Both the position numbers and the translations under genes were made by a program. Below the pieces are notes generated by a model. It saw only the letters and a program-made list of their open reading frames with translations. It was not told where the DNA came from and did no database searches. DNA of 64,000 nt from Macrostomum lignano (lineage: Eukaryota): the NCBI GenBank assembly GCA_002269645.1, contig NIVC01003531.1, forward strand, positions 1 through 64,000, given 5' to 3'. Shown here piece after piece: positions 59,501 through 64,000 of this stretch. Each line of letters opens with the position of its first letter. Positions within the stretch are counted from its first letter, which is position 1.

Positions 59501-61000
59501 TTAGACAAAGTCCCTCGGAGCGACCTAATCCTGATGCCGACAAGATGGAGTCGCGTGATCAACTGCGAGCCACAGAAGTGGAGACTGCAGGAGTCATGAA
59601 CCCTCAGCCATGCTGCGCCGTGCTCACTGATTTTCTGAGGTTGCCAATGACGCGGCAACAGTTTGTCGACGCGCAGCGCGCCGACCGAGCAATCAGCTAC
59701 TCGTATGTGCTCAACTTGGTCGAAAACAAAGCCCCAAAGCCGCCCAGTTGCAGCTGACGAAGGAGTAGCGGAATCTGCTTGGCTATCACAAGAGCCTACG
59801 AGAAGACAACGGCCTGCTGCTGATTGATCTGACTGACGGCCAGCAGTCCCTGAAGGTTGTCCTGCCTGAGTCTCCTGATGCCTAGGTGCTCCGGGAACTC
59901 CACAGTTCGCCTCTATGTGGACACCTCAGCTAGACAAAGACGTTGAAGCGGCTACGTGAACGATTCTAGAGGCCCAGACTAGCCCATGTCACCAAGAACT
60001 TTATCAGTAAGTGCCACGCCTGTCTTGAAAGTAAATCTCGAAGACAAGACCAAGTACCTGTACAGAGCTTCCCTGTGTGCGAAGTCCTAGGAAGAGTACA
60101 TTGCGACGTAGTAGGCCCTATTGCCCAGAAGAGCAAGAGTGGGAACCGCTACATCTTGATGCTATGCGACGCGACGTCGAAGTACCCATTTGCCCATCTA
60201 ATGAGGAACCAAAAAGCCAAGACAGTCATCAAGATCATGCAGGAGCGCTTGATCCCTGACTTTGGTGTACCATGCTCGATACACACTAATCAAGGAACCA
60301 ATTTCACTGGCTCAGCTTTCAAGAAGTTTTGCCACCTGTTTGGCATCCGGCATACAACCACAACGCCGTACAACCCAGCTTCAAATGGGCAAGTCGAGAA
60401 CCTCAACAAGCAGCTGAAGAGTGTCCTCACCTGCCTCTTCGAGCGCAACCATAACGACTGGGACACCTTTCTCCCAGCCTGTCTGATGGCTCTCCACTCT
60501 AGTGTACACCCAGTGACAGGTTTTACACCTCACTACCTAGTGTTTGGTCAAGACTTCCGACTTCCAATCGACAATGCGATCAAGAAGCTGCCGGAGTATG
60601 CCAATCTGCCTGACTATGTCAAGGACTTCCAGCGCCGTCTATCTAGACAAAGTGATTGAGCTAGCTAAAGAATGCCTGCATCTGCATCAGCAACTGCGCG
60701 ACGAGCACTATTTGAATCTGCCTGCTGCCAAGAAGCTCCAACCTGGTGACCTGGTTTTCCTCAACAACCCGGTGCTCGAACCGGATGAAGCGGCAAAGTT
60801 CCATCGACCTCGCAAAGCGCTGTACGAGGTAGTCAAACCCAAGGGCGAGGTCGTCTACAAGATTCGCCGTAGAGTGCCAAATTTGCGGGCTAGGCGCGAC
60901 GAGCTAGTAGTCCATCGCCGGAATCTGCTACTCGTACCTGATGCCAACTACCAGCTGACTTTGGATCCAGAAGTCGAGAAGGCCAAGAAGCGCCGCAGGT
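56560..61000 (+). pseudogene. Degenerate pol (protease, RT, RNase H, integrase)
   Basis: RT: PKKDGNIRLVHDFRALN, SSLDLAQGFWQIP, YMDD (~57880). RNase H: LDTDASD, KELLAIV, SDHRALLWL. Integrase: H..H..C..C zinc finger, HCDVVGP, HTNQG (D>N), NPASNGQVENLN. Confidence 0.92.
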
Positions 61001-63319
61001 TGACTGATGTCCCGGACGGTGCAGGACCCGCGACCCTGACACCAATCCCGGAGGACAATCCCGATGACGATGATGATGATGACGATGATGCATGGCTGGC
61101 CTTCCAGTGGCACTTCTGGCCATTGGCGATCCTGGATGTGTGGCCAGGAGATGGACTGGTCACGACACCAGCGAACCAGGCAAGTGCATTTCGGCGTGAG
61201 CCACTGCCGTATGGTGATTGCCATGATGGTAAGCCTGGTTTGAATGCGTCTGCACCTGCTGCTTCTTTTTCACCTGTCCATGCGTCCCCCTTTCCCGAAC
61301 CTTTTTCTGCGGTGCAGTCTCCTGCGCCACCTTATTGCACCACTTGGTAGAAGCATCTCCCATACTGGTAGATGTAGGTAGGCCAGTTAGGGATCGAAGG
61401 CCACCTGAGAGGCTTCTGATTAGCGATCCTAGGGCCAAGATGTACGTTAGTCCCACCGCCCGCATGCGTGCGCACAAATTAAAACCTTGCAACGCAGAAA
61501 TGCACAAGCGCCTGCACCAAGCTAGCTCCAGCTCCTTGTCCAATGCAAAGCAAGGGAGGCCTAGCTGTAGCCGGCGCCGGCCCAGTACCCCGGTCTTGCC
61601 GGAGACCATGGGGATACCGCGGCGCCTGCTGGAGACAATCAACCGGCGACTCATGGCCGAAGGCGACAGTTTAGTGAGGCCGATACGCCAGGCTGATTGG
61701 CGCCCACGCCGCCGCACGCCGTCACCCGAGCCCCAAAGACGGAATGAGCGGCCAGTCCAATCATTGGCGCCCAGGCAAAGCCCATCGCCCGCTCGAGAGA
61801 ACCATGTGGCTCAGCGCCCTACTCATGTTCGCTGACACTCGCCCGAAGTCATCAACTTCACGGGCAACTCGCCATCGCTAGATGTGGCAATGTGGCAACT
61901 CACGGCCAATTGGCTTGCAGCTGCTTTGGCATACATGCAGCTTGAACAGCAAGTGATGTGAGGCTTGGCGGGTATTCGCCTCCAAGTCCGCAATTCTTTT
62001 CCAGATATCGATGGGACTTGGCCTGCGGCCAGTAAGCAAGTCGGGTGGGAGCACCACAGCGAGCCCGGCGGAACCGGTCAACGCGGAGAGGACCCCGAGG
62101 GCCCCAGGCATCTTGATGTGGCCCCGTCCCCAATGTCCTGGGCTGACGACACTCAGGGAGCCACCGTGTGCGCTGCGAATGTTTGGACCAACCTGGCCAC
62201 ATCACTGCACCGCACCTTGCCGAGAGCCCCGCCTCTATCGCCAGGATGTCTGGCAGATATGCACTCAAATGGAATCGCCAATCCCGGAATTTTGAGCTAC
62301 CATCATCTCCGCCGGTGCCAACCTCATACATGCGCAACCTCCAAAATTCGGTTGGCTATGCGACTTAGTTTTAACAAAAATGCGACATAGTTTTTGGCTA
62401 AAAATGCAACTTACATGTAAAAAATCCTAAAGCAAAATTAACGCAACTTTGGGTAAATGGCAGAAGTAACTATGACTGTCTTCTTATTAAGCCAAAATGC
62501 CTCATCAGCTGCTTAGTACTACTACTTGGGTGTTTTTTCGGGTGGGCATTTTTGCGACTTCCTTGGTTGACTGCCAAATCGATCGGCCAGATCGGCCGAC
62601 TTGGCCGACTGTTGCACATGTATGGCCAACCTGTTGGCGGCTGTGCTTGTCAAGGCGGCTTGGCAAGGCAGAGAAATCGTTGACCTTGGTGGCCCAATCT
62701 GGGTGGAGCTCCACCAGACCACGGCCAAGGAGAGGAGTTGGTTATTCGAGGAGGCAATCGGCCTGGCCAGCCCTGACCTGGAGTGGCCGAACTGGCCATA
62801 CGCTCTCCATCTGGCGGCCGTCCGCGTTGCCCGATTCATGGGCAGCAGCAAAGAAGACCTGCCGGTGCTCTTGATGACTCCACGTCTGCATTATTTTGAC
62901 TGATTGGTGGTCTTACACTGACGTACGCCCTGTTGACAATGAAGTTGCCTCATTTTGCCGCGCTAATTAAGTGCCCTTATGCAGGAATCTTTGAGCCAGT
63001 TGGCTTGTTTTATTCAGGTATCGCCCATGGTAGGCATAGCTGGGCCCGAGATCTGGAGTATTCAGGGACCCTCCATTATATTTAGGCGCCACTTCTATGG
63101 TAGGCCGGCGCCCCCACACAATATTTAGGCGCCATCACTCCTGTGGGCCGGCGCCCCTGCAGTTACCGGGCAACAATCTTTATGGCCTGCCCAGCCAAGC
63201 AGTTTTAAGACTGCATTTTCAGCCTTTTACACTCAAGTTGTTTCCTTTTTTATTGTCATTAAATCCATGTTTAATTGTTTTAAATAAAGCGCGTGCCGCT
63301 TTACTCCACCTCTTTATTT

Positions 63320-63331
63320 GAACGGGGAGAG
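63320..63331 (+). other. Polypurine tract
   Basis: gaacggggagag immediately before the 3' LTR. Confidence 0.75.
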
Positions 63332-64000
63332 TGTAGTGAGTCGCTAGTTTAGTTAGGCGCCGCACTAGTCAGCTGTTGCCCTTGCCCTTGCCCCAGGCTC
63401 CTGTCTGCCGCTAGGCAGTTGCCTGTCCCTTCCTGCCTGTCCTCTGGCCTGTCCCTTGCCCATTTGCCTGTCTGTCTGTTTGTCCTCGTTTGCCCCCATT
63501 TGCCTCCTGTTCTCATTTTGCAGTGCCCAGACAGCTTCTGTTTTGTTCTCTGTCTGGCATCTCCAAATTTGGAAGTGCTATTCTGTTTTCCAGTCCCATG
63601 GTCACGAGTGCCTTCACTTATGGGCCTTTTCCCCCTTGTCATGTGAGCCAGTCATATGACAAGGCCTTCTTCCTTCTTTAGTCCAAAGTGCAATGATTTC
63701 ATCACTGTACACTGGGCTTGTGTTTATGGGAGATCACGTGCGCCTAGACCCCCTTGCCTCCTCTGAGGTAGGACCCGCTTGTTTGTTGCTAAAAATAGCA
63801 ACAGAGTCACTCATGACTCTCAGCGGGGGTCTTTTGTGCTATGGTGCAATTGATCCTCCCTATAAATGCAGCCCCTTTTATGGCTTGGTTCAGGCAAGCC
63901 CATTTTCCCGAGTAACCATTCTCTTTGTCCAGCGAATACTCTAAGTTTGTGTGCCAAGTTTGCATCTGAGTCTGAACTTCCAAGACTCCCGACTTTGCGC
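63332..64000 (+). repeat. 3' LTR (truncated by the window end)
   Basis: Colinear with 53628-~54740 minus the nested insertion. Confidence 0.93.

Larger units (their letters stand above)
53628..64000 (+). mobile_element. Decayed Ty3/Gypsy LTR retrotransposon (3' LTR runs off the window)
   Basis: Both LTRs start tgtagtgag (53628, 63332). PBS, PPT, gag CCHC and the PR-RT-RNaseH-INT order are all present, with many stops and frameshifts. Confidence 0.95.

Overview
Eukaryotic (metazoan-type) genomic DNA with GC-rich exons and GT-AG introns. No prokaryotic features, CRISPR arrays, rRNA or intact tRNA genes were found. The style (CpG-rich exons, introns packed with simple repeats) is reminiscent of the flatworm Macrostomum, but that is an unverified impression. 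Four complete spliced genes could be rebuilt by hand with consistent splice phases: a GT32/DXD glycosyltransferase (+, 2 exons, 6196-16227), a RERG/RASL11/12-like small GTPase (+, 5 exons, 17169-20220), a ~15-repeat ankyrin protein (+, 3 exons, 29695-33786) and condensin I subunit CAP-D2/NCAPD2 (-, 11 exons, 50013-34703). There are also a probable first exon of a gene leaving the window on the left and a disrupted WSC-domain exon. Mobile DNA: a LOA/R1-group LINE with an inverted 5' part, a decayed Ty3/Gypsy LTR element, a tRNA-headed CORE-like SINE and several TIR elements with 8-bp TSDs. Most striking: (i) almost every intron holds its own unrelated minisatellite, and one intron is essentially pure (CTA)n; (ii) the twin-priming-type inverted LINE sits inside a minisatellite; (iii) the LTR element shows near-exclusive C>T/G>A decay at CpG and also CAG/CTG; (iv) a 10 x 666-bp array may lie inside a TIR element inserted in (CA)n. 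All coordinates and counts were made by eye.
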